The notes beneath the pieces were generated by a model. It was not told the origin of the DNA. It was given only the letters and a program-made list of their open reading frames with translations, and did not search any database. 64,000 nt of DNA from assembly GCF_900314615.1 (NCBI RefSeq), contig NZ_OMWA01000011.1, forward strand, positions 9,770-73,769, written 5' to 3'. Shown in pieces: positions 20,226-30,796 of this stretch. The stretch comes from an uncultured Methanobrevibacter sp. GTDB taxonomy: Archaea; Methanobacteriota; Methanobacteria; Methanobacteriales; Methanobacteriaceae. The first letter of the stretch is position 1. Every line of letters begins with the position of its first letter. The translations under genes were made by a program, and so were the position numbers.

Positions 20226-21068
20226 ATGAAAGCAGTTATCCCAGCGGCAGGTTTAGGTACAAGATTACTGCCTGCCACCAAAGCACAACCAAAGGAAATG
20301 TTGCCGGTTTATTACAAACCCACAATCCATTATGCTGTTGAAGAGGCAGTAAATTCTGGAATTGATGATATTTTAATCATAACTGGTAGAAATAAACGGT
20401 CAATTGAAGATTATTTTGACAAATCATACGAACTTGAATATACTCTGCAAAAGGCAGGAAAAGACCGTGACCTTAAAAAGGTTAGAAAAATCACAGATCT
20501 GGCAGATATATGTTATGTCAGACAGAAAAACCTTAAAGGTCTGGGTGATGCAGTTTCATGCGCTGAGCGACACATTGGAGGTGAACCGTTCGCAGTTCTT
20601 TTGGGAGATTCCATTACACGGTCTAAAACTCCTTTAACAAAACAGCTGATTGATGTTTTCAACAAATACGAAAAATCTGCAATTGCAATCCGAGAAGTTT
20701 CACAGGACAGACTAAACAGGCACGGAATTGTGGATGGGCCTAAAATCAGTGATAACGTTTATAAAATTAACAATCTGGTTGAAAAGCCTGAAATCAGCAA
20801 AGCTCCGTCAAATCTTGCAATTGTCGGAAGATATGTTCTAACACCAGATATTTTTGATAAGATTTCACAAACTGAATCTGGATTTAATGGTGAAATTCAG
20901 CTGACTGATGCTTTATCAAAACTTGATGAAGTTTACGGTGTCAAATTTGACGGTAAAGTCTTCAACATTGAAACCCGTCTTGAATGGCTTAAATCATCAA
21001 TTGATTTTGCAATGTATGATGATGAGTTTAAAGATGATTTGATTGATTATATGAAAACTTTCATATAA
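20226..21068 (+). CDS. galU: UTP-glucose-1-phosphate uridylyltransferase (intact)
   Basis: KAVIPAAGLGTRLLPATKAQPKEMLP, VEKP, GEIQLTDA. Confidence 0.95.
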   Translation: MKAVIPAAGLGTRLLPATKAQPKEMLPVYYKPTIHYAVEEAVNSGIDDILIITGRNKRSIEDYFDKSYELEYTLQKAGKDRDLKKVRKITDLADICYVRQKNLKGLGDAVSCAERHIGGEPFAVLLGDSITRSKTPLTKQLIDVFNKYEKSAIAIREVSQDRLNRHGIVDGPKISDNVYKINNLVEKPEISKAPSNLAIVGRYVLTPDIFDKISQTESGFNGEIQLTDALSKLDEVYGVKFDGKVFNIETRLEWLKSSIDFAMYDDEFKDDLIDYMKTFI

Positions 21069-21520
21069 TTTCAATTTTGTTTTTAGTTAATCTACATGTA
21101 CTCTTCACATTTCATTATTTTAATTTTGTACTTATATTAAATTAATTTTGTACTTAATAATTTTTACAAGTGAGTTAAAAAGTTGTTAAATTATTAACTG
21201 GTTTTTGAAGTATGTGGGATTTATTTTTGAGCGGGAATTTCTAATGTCCTTTTGAACGTTCGGATTAAAGGCTGCACAAAAGCCCATGTTATTGGGTTAA
21301 ATGCATTGCCAAAACAATCACCGCTAGTGGACTTGCCGTGAAATGTGAAATACAGTTATCTTATGAATGTAGCTGTGCCAACATAGCTTTTCAACGAAAA
21401 CTCGGATGTTTGTTCACTAAAATGTCCTAAAAACATCGACGTTTCCAAATCCCTCCGTTTCAAATACATAAAAGTTCAATTTAGAAATAAATATTAATCT
21501 TAAAAATAAAAAATCTAAAC

Positions 21521-22996
21521 ATGCTTTACAAAAATAATAAAGATTTATTGGGAATATTTTTTCTTGTATTGTCTGTTCTATTTTTAGTTTATTTATTAGT
21601 AACTCCTCTTAATCATTTGGTTTGTCAAATTGATGAATATTTTACAAGAACTATTCTGCTTCTTCCCGTTTCAGATATCATTACTGTAACTGCTGGTGAT
21701 GTTCACCCGCCTTTATATTATCTGATGGGAAAAGCGGTGGCTGAACTCAGCGCAGTTCTGGGCGTTGATTTATTATACAGCTTAAAATTATTGTCAATTG
21801 CAGCTTACGTGCTGATTTTAGGAATTTCTGTAACTAAAATAAGAAAAGATTACGGATTGTTCACTGCAGGATTGTTTCCTTTTGCAATTGCGATAATGAA
21901 TGAATTTTCCAAATACGTTCTGATTGGAAGAATGTACTGCTGGGTAGTTTTATTTGTTCTGATTATATTTTTGGCTTTCAGAAATACTATAAATGACAAA
22001 TCGGATATAAAATCATGGATTATAATGGCAGTCTTTACAATTGTGGCGGCATATACTCATTATTTTGCAGCAATGACTGCGGCATGCATTTATCTGGTAT
22101 TGCTGGTTTATCTTATAAAAAACAATAAGGAGCATATTAAATACTGGCTGATTTCAGTTGCCGTGATTGTTGTATCATATCTGCCGTGGGTGCCTCATCT
22201 TTTAAGTCAGATGGCCCATGTTCACAACGGTTACTGGATTCCGGAAATTACCTGGGAAAGTGCACTTTTGTTTTACGGATATTACGGATATAACGAAAAT
22301 GTACTCATTGCAATACTTTCACTGGTGATTTTAGCGGCAATAATATTCATGTATATAAAAGAAAAGTCATCTTTTGAAAAATCAGATCAGAATCTGATTT
22401 TAAGCGGTATTGCCGTTTATCTTGGAACAATCACTCTGGGTGTTGCAATATCATTTTTATTTAAGCCTATTTTGGACGGAAGATATCTTATGGCCGCTTC
22501 ATCGGTATTGTGGTTAACAATTGCCATAATTTTAAGCAAACTTGAAAATAAAAAAATGTTTTATCTTTCACTTGCATTGGTGGCAATACTTTTAATTTCA
22601 GGTGTTGCAAATACGGTAAACACGTATGATGAAAATTATCAAAAAGCAATAATTCAGGAAAACTATTTCAACAATATTACCAGTGACAATAATTCTGTTT
22701 TAATCATTTCCACAACCAATGACTCAACGTACTTTTTATCATATTCAGATAGTGTAGATTTATATATTTTAAACGTTTCGGATGTCTTTGGTCTTGATAT
22801 GGAGCGGATTCATCAAACCTTTGATTTTAAAAATGTGAATGCAAGTAAAATCGATGATTTTATAACGGATCATCCGGATAAAAACATTTATCTTATCAGC
22901 TGGAAGGAACCTAAAATAAACTCATCATATGAAGTTATTAACCAGGATGTCTTTTTGTATTTCACAAAAATAAACGAGACGTCGAAAAATGTGTAA
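21521..22996 (+). CDS. GT-C fold membrane glycosyltransferase (PMT/GT39-like)
   Basis: IDEYFT and DVHPPLYY motifs, YTHYF, about 12 hydrophobic segments. Confidence 0.75.
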   Translation: MLYKNNKDLLGIFFLVLSVLFLVYLLVTPLNHLVCQIDEYFTRTILLLPVSDIITVTAGDVHPPLYYLMGKAVAELSAVLGVDLLYSLKLLSIAAYVLILGISVTKIRKDYGLFTAGLFPFAIAIMNEFSKYVLIGRMYCWVVLFVLIIFLAFRNTINDKSDIKSWIIMAVFTIVAAYTHYFAAMTAACIYLVLLVYLIKNNKEHIKYWLISVAVIVVSYLPWVPHLLSQMAHVHNGYWIPEITWESALLFYGYYGYNENVLIAILSLVILAAIIFMYIKEKSSFEKSDQNLILSGIAVYLGTITLGVAISFLFKPILDGRYLMAASSVLWLTIAIILSKLENKKMFYLSLALVAILLISGVANTVNTYDENYQKAIIQENYFNNITSDNNSVLIISTTNDSTYFLSYSDSVDLYILNVSDVFGLDMERIHQTFDFKNVNASKIDDFITDHPDKNIYLISWKEPKINSSYEVINQDVFLYFTKINETSKNV

Positions 22997-22997
22997 G

Positions 22998-23030
22998 ATA
23001 GAGATTTATTCTCTATTTTTTTATTTTTTT
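22998..23030 (+). terminator. Hairpin plus T-tract after GT-C gene
   Basis: atagaga-tttat-tctctat then long T-run. Confidence 0.6.
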
Positions 23031-23129
23031 AGGGTTGTCAATAATTCTGTTTTTTTTTGGTTATATTTTATTCATTAGACCAAACTCTCATGAAACCATG
23101 ATTGGTCTATAGAATTTTTTTAATTTTTA

Positions 23130-24301
23130 GGCTTTGTAGAAATCTTCATTTTTATTGAATTTGAGCGGATCTATAGATGTTGTAAATTGTGTTTTTGAGT
23201 TTTGTTTCTTTGTTTGATAATTGTAGGCTTCTGCTTCTGTTTGTTCCGTTGAATATTCTTTTTATTACACTAAATATTGATTCTACATTATTTCTTCTTG
23301 AATATATGTCTTTGTTGAATGTATTTTTACTTTCTAGTCGATAATGTCCTGTTTTTGCTCGTGTTTTTAGTAGTATTTGATCTTGTGCTTTTGCTTCTTC
23401 GTTTATGCATTTTCTGATGGGTTCTGTGTCGTATGCTCTGTCTGCTAGGATGTATTTTGGATTATATTTTTTTATGTTTCTTATTGCTGCTATTGCGAAT
23501 CGTGTGTCGAATCTTGGGCCTCTTTGGGCTGCAAAATGAAGAATTAATCTTGAGTCTACGTCGATTGAAATATGGTTTTTTACGTAGCTTTTTCTTTCTT
23601 TTCGTCTTATTATTGCGTAATATTTGTCTGCGTAGTCATTGGTGAATCCGCTTCCATCTAAAGCAATTATATCGCCATTTATTTGGTGATTCATTAATAT
23701 TTGTTTGTTTAATTCTTTCAATATTGCTGTTGGTAGTCTTTGGAAGAATTTCTGGAGTGTTGTGTAATGTGGGACCTTTTTTAAGTGCAAATATTGTTGT
23801 ATTTTATCAGATAACTCCAATAAATCAATTATTTGTCTGTATGTGCTCCTGGTGTAGATTTTAACTGCCAAAAGTGTGAATAATGCAGGTTGTGTGAAGT
23901 CATGCTTTGAAAAATTGCTTGAATATTTATTTAACACGATTTTTGAGTATTTAAATGCATATTTAATGAATTTTAACAGTTTATTTGGTCTAATGTCATT
24001 GTTTATTTCTTTAATTTTTTTGAGTGCTGGTTTTTCAAAACCAAAATCCGAAAGATTTAATTGCTTTGAAAACAAACTATTAACTGGAGAATGAGTATTT
24101 TCGGGTTTCATATTAATATTTATTCTCCATTTTAGTATATATAATTATATATTGCTTATTTTTTCTAATCGATGTGAAATTTCAAGTGTAAACCTTATTA
24201 CTCAATAATACGATTATTTTATCAAATTTAAATCAAAAATAAGAATAAAAATAGATTTTAAAAAATTTATTGAAAAAATCAAATAGGATTTCTACAAAGC
24301 C
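23130..24301 (-). mobile_element. IS5-family insertion sequence, 1172 bp, 15-bp perfect TIRs
   Basis: ggctttgtagaaatc (23130-23144) and gatttctacaaagcc (24287-24301); encloses a DDE transposase; no perfect target duplication seen. Confidence 0.85.
23152..24111 (-). CDS. DDE transposase (IS5/IS4-like)
   Basis: IALDGSG, ILADRAYD and YSRRNNVESIFS supply the D-D-E triad; TTG start as listed. Confidence 0.9.
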   Translation of the reverse strand: MKPENTHSPVNSLFSKQLNLSDFGFEKPALKKIKEINNDIRPNKLLKFIKYAFKYSKIVLNKYSSNFSKHDFTQPALFTLLAVKIYTRSTYRQIIDLLELSDKIQQYLHLKKVPHYTTLQKFFQRLPTAILKELNKQILMNHQINGDIIALDGSGFTNDYADKYYAIIRRKERKSYVKNHISIDVDSRLILHFAAQRGPRFDTRFAIAAIRNIKKYNPKYILADRAYDTEPIRKCINEEAKAQDQILLKTRAKTGHYRLESKNTFNKDIYSRRNNVESIFSVIKRIFNGTNRSRSLQLSNKETKLKNTIYNIYRSAQIQ

Positions 24302-24396
24302 CAAATTTATTTAAATGCATAAAACAAATTATTTTTATATCTAAAAACTAGTGAAAATTTTTAATTCGGAAATTCTGTAAAATCTATGTTGATAAA

Positions 24397-26565
24397 ATGA
24401 ATTTTTATAGTGAACGGCCTATTCTCAATAAGGATGATGATAAATTAAACAGATCTTTATTTGCGGAAATTCTCGCAGAATCTATTTTACATTATGATGG
24501 GGAAGACTGTTTAATAATTGGGTTAATTGGGAAATGGGGGTCTGGAAAAAGTTCAATAATTAATATGGCAGTAGATAGTATTCAATCAGAAAATTTAATT
24601 ATTATAAATTTTAATCCATGGTATTTTTCAACACAGGATAATTTATATCAGCAATTTTTTAATTTAATTGTAACTGAAATTGAAAAAAGAGAATTTGGAG
24701 ATAAATTTTGGGTTCAAAAGAAATGGTTTCAACTAAAAACACAATGGGATTATGCGTCACGAATTGAAAAAGGAAATAAGTCAATAATGCAATATGGTAA
24801 AGAAATTGTTTTAACGTTACGGGAGTTACAACATTCAGATATTATAAATAAATATTACAATCAAGTAAAATCTAATTCGGCAATCAATTTAAATGCTCCT
24901 GGCCTTGGTTATACATATAATTTCACTGATTCTAAAAAAGAGTATAATTCTATTTCTTATCTTAAAACTAAATGTAATGAATATTTTAAAAGTTTAGATT
25001 ATAAATTTCTAATTATCATCGATGATCTTGATAGGATGACTAAATTCGAAATTGAACAAACATTAATTTTAGTTAAATCTTTAGCAGATTTTGATGATTT
25101 TATTTATTTGTTAGCTTTTGATGATGAAATAGTATCGGAATCCTTGTCGAATGTTCCTGAAAAATTTCAAAAACTTTTTTTGGAAAAAATTATTCAAGTT
25201 TATCTCACTGTTCCTAAATTCAGTGAATCTCATTTAAATGGATTGATTTCTGATAGATTAGAGGATTTTTATAAAAATTTTGTCATTGATGAAAGTAATG
25301 ATGAAAATGTGGAAAATAATAGGGAATTGCCACAATCAATTCAAAAAGAATTTTTAGATATTTATTCTTATCTTAAAATGTTTTTTAAAAGTCCAAGAGA
25401 TTTATACAGATTTATTAATATTTTAAATTTTAATTTTTCAGTTTTTAAAGATGAAGTTAATAGGAAAGATTTTATACTAATTCTTGCAATCCAATTATTC
25501 GAACCAAATATTTATCATGAAATAAAAAATAATAAGGATTTATTCATTGTAAATTATGTAAATTTAACTAAATTGGAAAAAGAAGAGAATAAAGGTTACA
25601 TTGAGGATATTATTAAACTTAAGAGTAATAATTTATCTAAAAATATTGTTAGAGATATTTTATTTAAATTATTTCCTAAAATTGAAAGTTATTATAGGAA
25701 TATTGAGTATGGTTCTGAATGGGATGATTCATGGAAATATGAACGCAGAATTTGTTCAAAAAAATTTTTTGAGAAATATTTCACTTTGACATTGGAAACA
25801 GATGAAATAAGTATTGTTTCAATACAAAATTTATTAAGTGCGTCAGATTCCAATAGTATTTCGGATACTATTTTGGAATTTAATAATAATCATAAAACAA
25901 AAGATTTATTTGATTTGATGATTAATCGTATGGAAGACATTCCCAAAGAAAATGCCCAGTATTTCATTTCATCATTGATTGATATTGGGGATTTACTTGA
26001 AATACCATATAATATGTTTTTTGATAAAAGAATTTATTTATCCAGAATTCTTCATGATTTATTGAAAAAATATGATACTAAAGATGAAAGATTTGAAGTG
26101 TTGAAAAATGCAATTTCAAATTCTAAGATGAGTTTATATGTTGCAGTGGATTTATTAGCCGGTTTTGATTTTGATTATAATAAGTTCGACTATAAAAATG
26201 ATAAACCAAGTCCAGATGTTCTTATTTCAGAAGAACATTTGGAGGTTCTTGAAGAAATCATGAAAAATAAAATTAGGGAATGGGATGAAGATGGCAGATT
26301 ATGGGAAAATCCTAATCTAGAAGGAATTTTATACAGTTGGAAATCATGGGATAAAGAAGGTTATGTGATTAAACGTGTTGGGGAATATACTGCTGATGAT
26401 GAGAATTTATTAAAATTTTTAAATGGTTTTAAAAGTGTTGCAACAACTACTATGCATAGAAATTCTCCAAGTGATGTGGAGTTCAAACTCAATTTCAAAT
26501 CTTTGGAAAATTATTTTGATTTATATGAGTTAAATGACCGTCTTAAAAGAATTGGTAAGCAATAA
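24397..26565 (+). CDS. KAP family P-loop NTPase (second paralog)
   Basis: DKLNRSLFA, GKWGSGKS, FNPW, IIIDDLDRM, LEKIIQV. Confidence 0.9.
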   Translation: MNFYSERPILNKDDDKLNRSLFAEILAESILHYDGEDCLIIGLIGKWGSGKSSIINMAVDSIQSENLIIINFNPWYFSTQDNLYQQFFNLIVTEIEKREFGDKFWVQKKWFQLKTQWDYASRIEKGNKSIMQYGKEIVLTLRELQHSDIINKYYNQVKSNSAINLNAPGLGYTYNFTDSKKEYNSISYLKTKCNEYFKSLDYKFLIIIDDLDRMTKFEIEQTLILVKSLADFDDFIYLLAFDDEIVSESLSNVPEKFQKLFLEKIIQVYLTVPKFSESHLNGLISDRLEDFYKNFVIDESNDENVENNRELPQSIQKEFLDIYSYLKMFFKSPRDLYRFINILNFNFSVFKDEVNRKDFILILAIQLFEPNIYHEIKNNKDLFIVNYVNLTKLEKEENKGYIEDIIKLKSNNLSKNIVRDILFKLFPKIESYYRNIEYGSEWDDSWKYERRICSKKFFEKYFTLTLETDEISIVSIQNLLSASDSNSISDTILEFNNNHKTKDLFDLMINRMEDIPKENAQYFISSLIDIGDLLEIPYNMFFDKRIYLSRILHDLLKKYDTKDERFEVLKNAISNSKMSLYVAVDLLAGFDFDYNKFDYKNDKPSPDVLISEEHLEVLEEIMKNKIREWDEDGRLWENPNLEGILYSWKSWDKEGYVIKRVGEYTADDENLLKFLNGFKSVATTTMHRNSPSDVEFKLNFKSLENYFDLYELNDRLKRIGKQ

Positions 26566-26685
26566 CTGTGAATCGATTGGCTAAAATAATATTTTTAACT
26601 ATGTGACAGAGCAAGATTTAAGATTTTATCAAAGAAGAACTTTTATTAGTTAATCTGATTATATAAATTTTTAAAGAGGATTACA

Positions 26686-28560
26686 ATGTTTAATATTAAG
26701 CATTTGAAAATACAAAATGAGTTGTATACAATAATAGAGTCTGAATTTGAAGACAGATTGAATGACTTATCAAGAGTAAACGTATTTGTAGGTGCAAATA
26801 ATTCTGGAAAAAGCAGGTTCATGAGATCTTTATTTTATATTGATAAAAATGCCAAATTGAATTTTTTACCTAATGATAAATGCTATGATTATTTTATGAA
26901 TCAATCTAAGATTTTCAAGGATTTTATCAAAAATCCTGGTGAAAAGCGTTTTTATAATACTGAACATCAAGCGTATTCAATTGTCAATACTAACTTGGGC
27001 GAAATAGGATATTTTACTGAATCAGAAACTCCTTGTTCATCGTTAATTCAAATTAGCAAAAATGCGAATAGGCATGGAGTGGGGCATGGCTCTCAATTGT
27101 ATTATTGTAAGGAAATTCTCAAAGAATACTTTGGAAAAATTAACTTTGATGATAATTTATTTAACTATAATTTTTATAAAATTTATATTCCTTCCTTAAG
27201 AGGTTTAATTCCATTAATTCCCAAAGATTTCATTCAAAATGATGATTTCTATAATGATTTTTATGCTGAAAGGATTAAACGAGATTATTTTGGCGAAAAA
27301 TCAGATATTTTAGTTAATGTAAATGATTTCTTATTAAGTGGAGATGTTAAAACTAGAAACGCAATTATAAGTGGTTTGCAGTTTTATGAATATGTGAAAA
27401 ATTATTTACTGGGAGATTTTGAGCAAAGGGAAATGATTCGCAAATATGAATCCTATTTGTCCGAAACGTTTTTTGAAAATGAAAATGTAGTGTTAATTCC
27501 AAAAGTAAATGATGATGTTTTAACAGTTAAAATTGGTGAGGAAGAACATAGAATTTATGATTTGGGGGAGGGCATTCAATCGATAATTTTAATAACTTTG
27601 CCGTTATTTTTATATTTGGAAAAATCTAAAGAAGAAAATACTACTGTTTTAGTATTCATTGAAGAGCCGGAAGTTAATCTTCATCCAATGTTGCAGAGGA
27701 TCCTGTTAAATACTTTATTGGGGCCATTATTTGAAGATTATCAGTTTTTCATCACGACACACTCAAACCATTTTATTGACAGGTTATTTGAAGACCAGAA
27801 TATCTCTATTTATTCATTTGATAAAAAAATAAATTATGCCGAAGGTTCTTCTGTCGAGTTTACTATTGAAAAAGTGGGTTTTGACCATTTACCTACTTTA
27901 AAACGATTAGGTGCGCTTCCATCATCTATTTTATCCCATAATTCCACTATTTTAGTTGAGGGCTCAACAGATAAGGAACATTATAGTTTATATTTTGAGT
28001 TATTTCAGCAACACCTTGAAAATAAAAAACCTAACTTTGAACGTTTTGTGGAGGGCATACATTTTTCATTTTTTAGAGGTGGAGGGTCAGAAGCAATTGA
28101 AAATGTAAAAGAATTTAAAGATATAGAAAAGGAAAGAATATTTTTAATTTTAGATAATGATTCAAAAGATGAAACAATTAAGAAAGAAAATTTATTTTCA
28201 GATATTGGTTATCAAAATTATTATATTTTGAATGTCAAAGAAGTTGAAAATTTAATCAATAAGGATGCTGTGATTAATATTCTTCAGAGGGTTTATAATA
28301 TTCCAGATAGAAATATGAATAAGAATTTCGATGAAAATGAGTATTATGCTACCAATGATTTCTATGATTTCATTGTCAAGACGGTTTTAAAAGGCAATAA
28401 ACCAGATAAGTTTCCCGAAAATAGATCTAAACTAAAAGATAAACTTAGCAGATATGAATCGAATTATACGAAAAGTTTTGATGATTTGACTGGAGAAGCT
28501 AAAAATGTTGCAATAGAAATTTACAAATTTATTAAAAAGAATAATCCAAAAAACTATTGA
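26686..28560 (+). CDS. OLD-family ABC ATPase-TOPRIM nuclease (GajA-like architecture)
   Basis: GANNSGKS Walker A, LGEGIQ signature, IEEPEVNLHP, TTHS, TOPRIM ILVEGSTD and LDND. Confidence 0.85.
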   Translation: MFNIKHLKIQNELYTIIESEFEDRLNDLSRVNVFVGANNSGKSRFMRSLFYIDKNAKLNFLPNDKCYDYFMNQSKIFKDFIKNPGEKRFYNTEHQAYSIVNTNLGEIGYFTESETPCSSLIQISKNANRHGVGHGSQLYYCKEILKEYFGKINFDDNLFNYNFYKIYIPSLRGLIPLIPKDFIQNDDFYNDFYAERIKRDYFGEKSDILVNVNDFLLSGDVKTRNAIISGLQFYEYVKNYLLGDFEQREMIRKYESYLSETFFENENVVLIPKVNDDVLTVKIGEEEHRIYDLGEGIQSIILITLPLFLYLEKSKEENTTVLVFIEEPEVNLHPMLQRILLNTLLGPLFEDYQFFITTHSNHFIDRLFEDQNISIYSFDKKINYAEGSSVEFTIEKVGFDHLPTLKRLGALPSSILSHNSTILVEGSTDKEHYSLYFELFQQHLENKKPNFERFVEGIHFSFFRGGGSEAIENVKEFKDIEKERIFLILDNDSKDETIKKENLFSDIGYQNYYILNVKEVENLINKDAVINILQRVYNIPDRNMNKNFDENEYYATNDFYDFIVKTVLKGNKPDKFPENRSKLKDKLSRYESNYTKSFDDLTGEAKNVAIEIYKFIKKNNPKNY

Positions 28561-28575
28561 TTCAGAGGTGATTAA

Positions 28576-29433
28576 ATGGAATTTAAAGAATATTTCAATT
28601 TAATTTATATTGTAATAGTTTTATGTGTTATTCTGATAATTTATTTTTCGATGAATGCTGGTTTTTTGTTCATCGAAATTTATCATAATGAAACATTGAC
28701 TATTCAATCAAAACTAGACACGGTAAGTATCTATTCAAGTTTGATTGTAGTTTTAGTTTCTATCATTAGCATATCTATAACCACCAAATATGCAAGGGAT
28801 TCTTTAAATCAAACCAATGAATTAATCGAAGAGAATAAAAAGGATTTATTCATACAATTAAGGTTTGATGGGACAAAAAGGGGTGTTGATAAATTAATTA
28901 AGTATTTAGAATCTACATTTGGTGTTTATAATCAGTTAGTTAATTTATATAATTCAGATAATCCTGAAAAGGATAAATATTTATCGCCTAGAGCTTTTTT
29001 AGTATTGCAATATGTAAATATAATTTCTAATGAGGAACTGTTATTCGAATTGCCGGATTCTTTGAAAACAAATATTGAATCCGGATTTATAAATTTTAAT
29101 GATGAATCTATATTAACTAGAATCTATGATTACTCAAATTTCAATGAATTATTGAAAAAATACGGGTTTGTCGATGATTATCATAAATATTTTTCTATTA
29201 TCACTTCTAAAAACCCGCCTACTAAGGTAATTCAAAATTATATTTCTTATCAAAGTTGTATCAATGAATTTAACGCTGAAAAAGATTATGAACTGCAAGA
29301 ATCTGTTTTTAGATATTACTATGGTTTTAAGAAAATTACTGTTGAAGATTTTTATAATTTTTATGTAGATATTTATAATGACTTAAAATTTCATACTACT
29401 GAAGAATTAATTCTAAGGGATTTTAAGTTTTAA
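28576..29433 (+). CDS. Hypothetical protein with two N-terminal TM helices
   Basis: 285-aa ORF 15 nt after the OLD gene with SD gaggtga; hydrophobic residues ~8-35 and ~52-70. Confidence 0.65.
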   Translation: MEFKEYFNLIYIVIVLCVILIIYFSMNAGFLFIEIYHNETLTIQSKLDTVSIYSSLIVVLVSIISISITTKYARDSLNQTNELIEENKKDLFIQLRFDGTKRGVDKLIKYLESTFGVYNQLVNLYNSDNPEKDKYLSPRAFLVLQYVNIISNEELLFELPDSLKTNIESGFINFNDESILTRIYDYSNFNELLKKYGFVDDYHKYFSIITSKNPPTKVIQNYISYQSCINEFNAEKDYELQESVFRYYYGFKKITVEDFYNFYVDIYNDLKFHTTEELILRDFKF

Positions 29434-29449
29434 CAAAGTATAAAATAAT

Positions 29450-29621
29450 GGTTGCAATTTTAAAAAAGTGGTAGGTTACTGATTGTAATCTACGATACTT
29501 CCACCATCAAACAAAGTTAATGTTTTGTTCATTTACAGAAAATAAACTTCGTTTTATCATTAATTTTAATGAATCTTATTGTTTCTGCTTTAATGACTAT
29601 ATAACCAGACTAACAAAGCCC
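29450..29621 (-). mobile_element. Isolated IS end with start of a decayed transposase-like ORF
   Basis: Terminal gggctttgt (minus strand) resembles the TIR at 24301; frameshifted ORF MIKRSLFSVNEQNINF/DGGSIVD starts at 29560. Confidence 0.4.
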
Positions 29622-29826
29622 AATATTAACATGAATAAAAAATATTAAAATTTTAATACATTGGCCGACTTTCTTCAAACAAGGAATTTTTGTATGAATC
29701 TCGTAGACTACAATCAGAATACTTCACATCTCAATAATTTCAATGTTAAAAATCATCTCTACTAAAGCAATGGCTTTAGCCGATTTATATAAACTGACAT
29801 CCATACCTTTAACCACCCAATAAAAG

Positions 29827-30171
29827 GTGATTAAAGTGGTTTGTAAATCTAAATTAAATGAAGAATATCAATTAAATTACTCTTCAAAGACTGTCTTTGA
29901 ATGTTTAAAAGAATCTCTGCCCAAAACTAAAATCGTAAGGGCTTATCCCAGAATAGTTGAAATCAATGATGCTGATATGGTGATTGACTGTATGACTCCA
30001 GGCTATAAAACCAAGATAACTGTAGTTCCGCTGTCTGATGATAAATCAACCGTAAAATTCTTTTTAAAATCTGCATCTCCCGGCCAGATTATAGATTTGT
30101 GGAACAGAAACAAAAAGAATGTAAAAGCAATCCTTGAACAACTCACAGCAGATCTCGAATCAAATAATTAA
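29827..30171 (+). CDS. Hypothetical protein
   Basis: 114-aa ORF; no family recognised. Confidence 0.6.
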   Translation: MIKVVCKSKLNEEYQLNYSSKTVFECLKESLPKTKIVRAYPRIVEINDADMVIDCMTPGYKTKITVVPLSDDKSTVKFFLKSASPGQIIDLWNRNKKNVKAILEQLTADLESNN

Positions 30172-30180
30172 TGATGTCCT

Positions 30181-30330
30181 ATGAATATCAGAGCAATTTT
30201 GGAGATCTTTTTCGGCATATGTTTTTTTGTTGTTGCAAGCTTTCAGCAAAGCCCTTTAAATTTTTTCACTGCAGTTGTAGGGCTGATTGTTTTAATCAAC
30301 GGAATCTATATTTTGGTTAGGCGAAATTAG
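30181..30330 (+). CDS. Small two-TM membrane protein (49 aa), not in ORF track
   Basis: MNIRAILEIFFGICFFVVASFQQSPLNFFTAVVGLIVLINGIYILVRRN, 9 nt after the previous stop. Confidence 0.55.
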   Translation: MNIRAILEIFFGICFFVVASFQQSPLNFFTAVVGLIVLINGIYILVRRN

Positions 30331-30796
30331 CCAAAAAATCTTCAACACCATCACCAGTGTTTTTTTCTGCAATTTTTCATGAAAAATCATCATCAAAAGC
30401 GTATCTTTTGCATATTATTGTCTGTAATATACGTTTCTTTTATATATAAAATTTCATGAAAATTGTTCTGAGTTCGTAAAATTGTTTTCACTAAGTAATA
30501 TTGTTCTTAAATCAAAGAATAAGTTTTTCTAATGTGTTATTCATAATATTGAGTTTTAATAGTTATAAACTCGCTATGTTCAATGGGGTGTATCGATTAA
30601 GCGAATAAACCTTATAACTGTTGTTGATGAACCTGTGATGGGGATATGTACTATAAATGTGCTGGGATTATTTATTTTAAAAATAATGGCTTAATCAATC
30701 ATAATACTAATAAACAAAAGTTATGAAAACTTAAAAATGTTTAAAAAGTATGAATGGTTTGAAAACTGAGTATGGTTCATAGGAGGTGATAATGCT

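Noticed and set aside
21230-21460. More GC-rich intergenic patch after galU containing ggctgcacaaaagccc
   Set aside because: Weak resemblance to an IS end, but no partner repeat and no recognisable translation on either strand.
13300-28560. Complete Gabija system
   Set aside because: The helicase is only a C-terminal remnant and lies 13 kb from the OLD nuclease.
30330-30660. Possible decayed minus-strand gene
   Set aside because: Short protein-like fragments in shifting frames, but no recognisable family.
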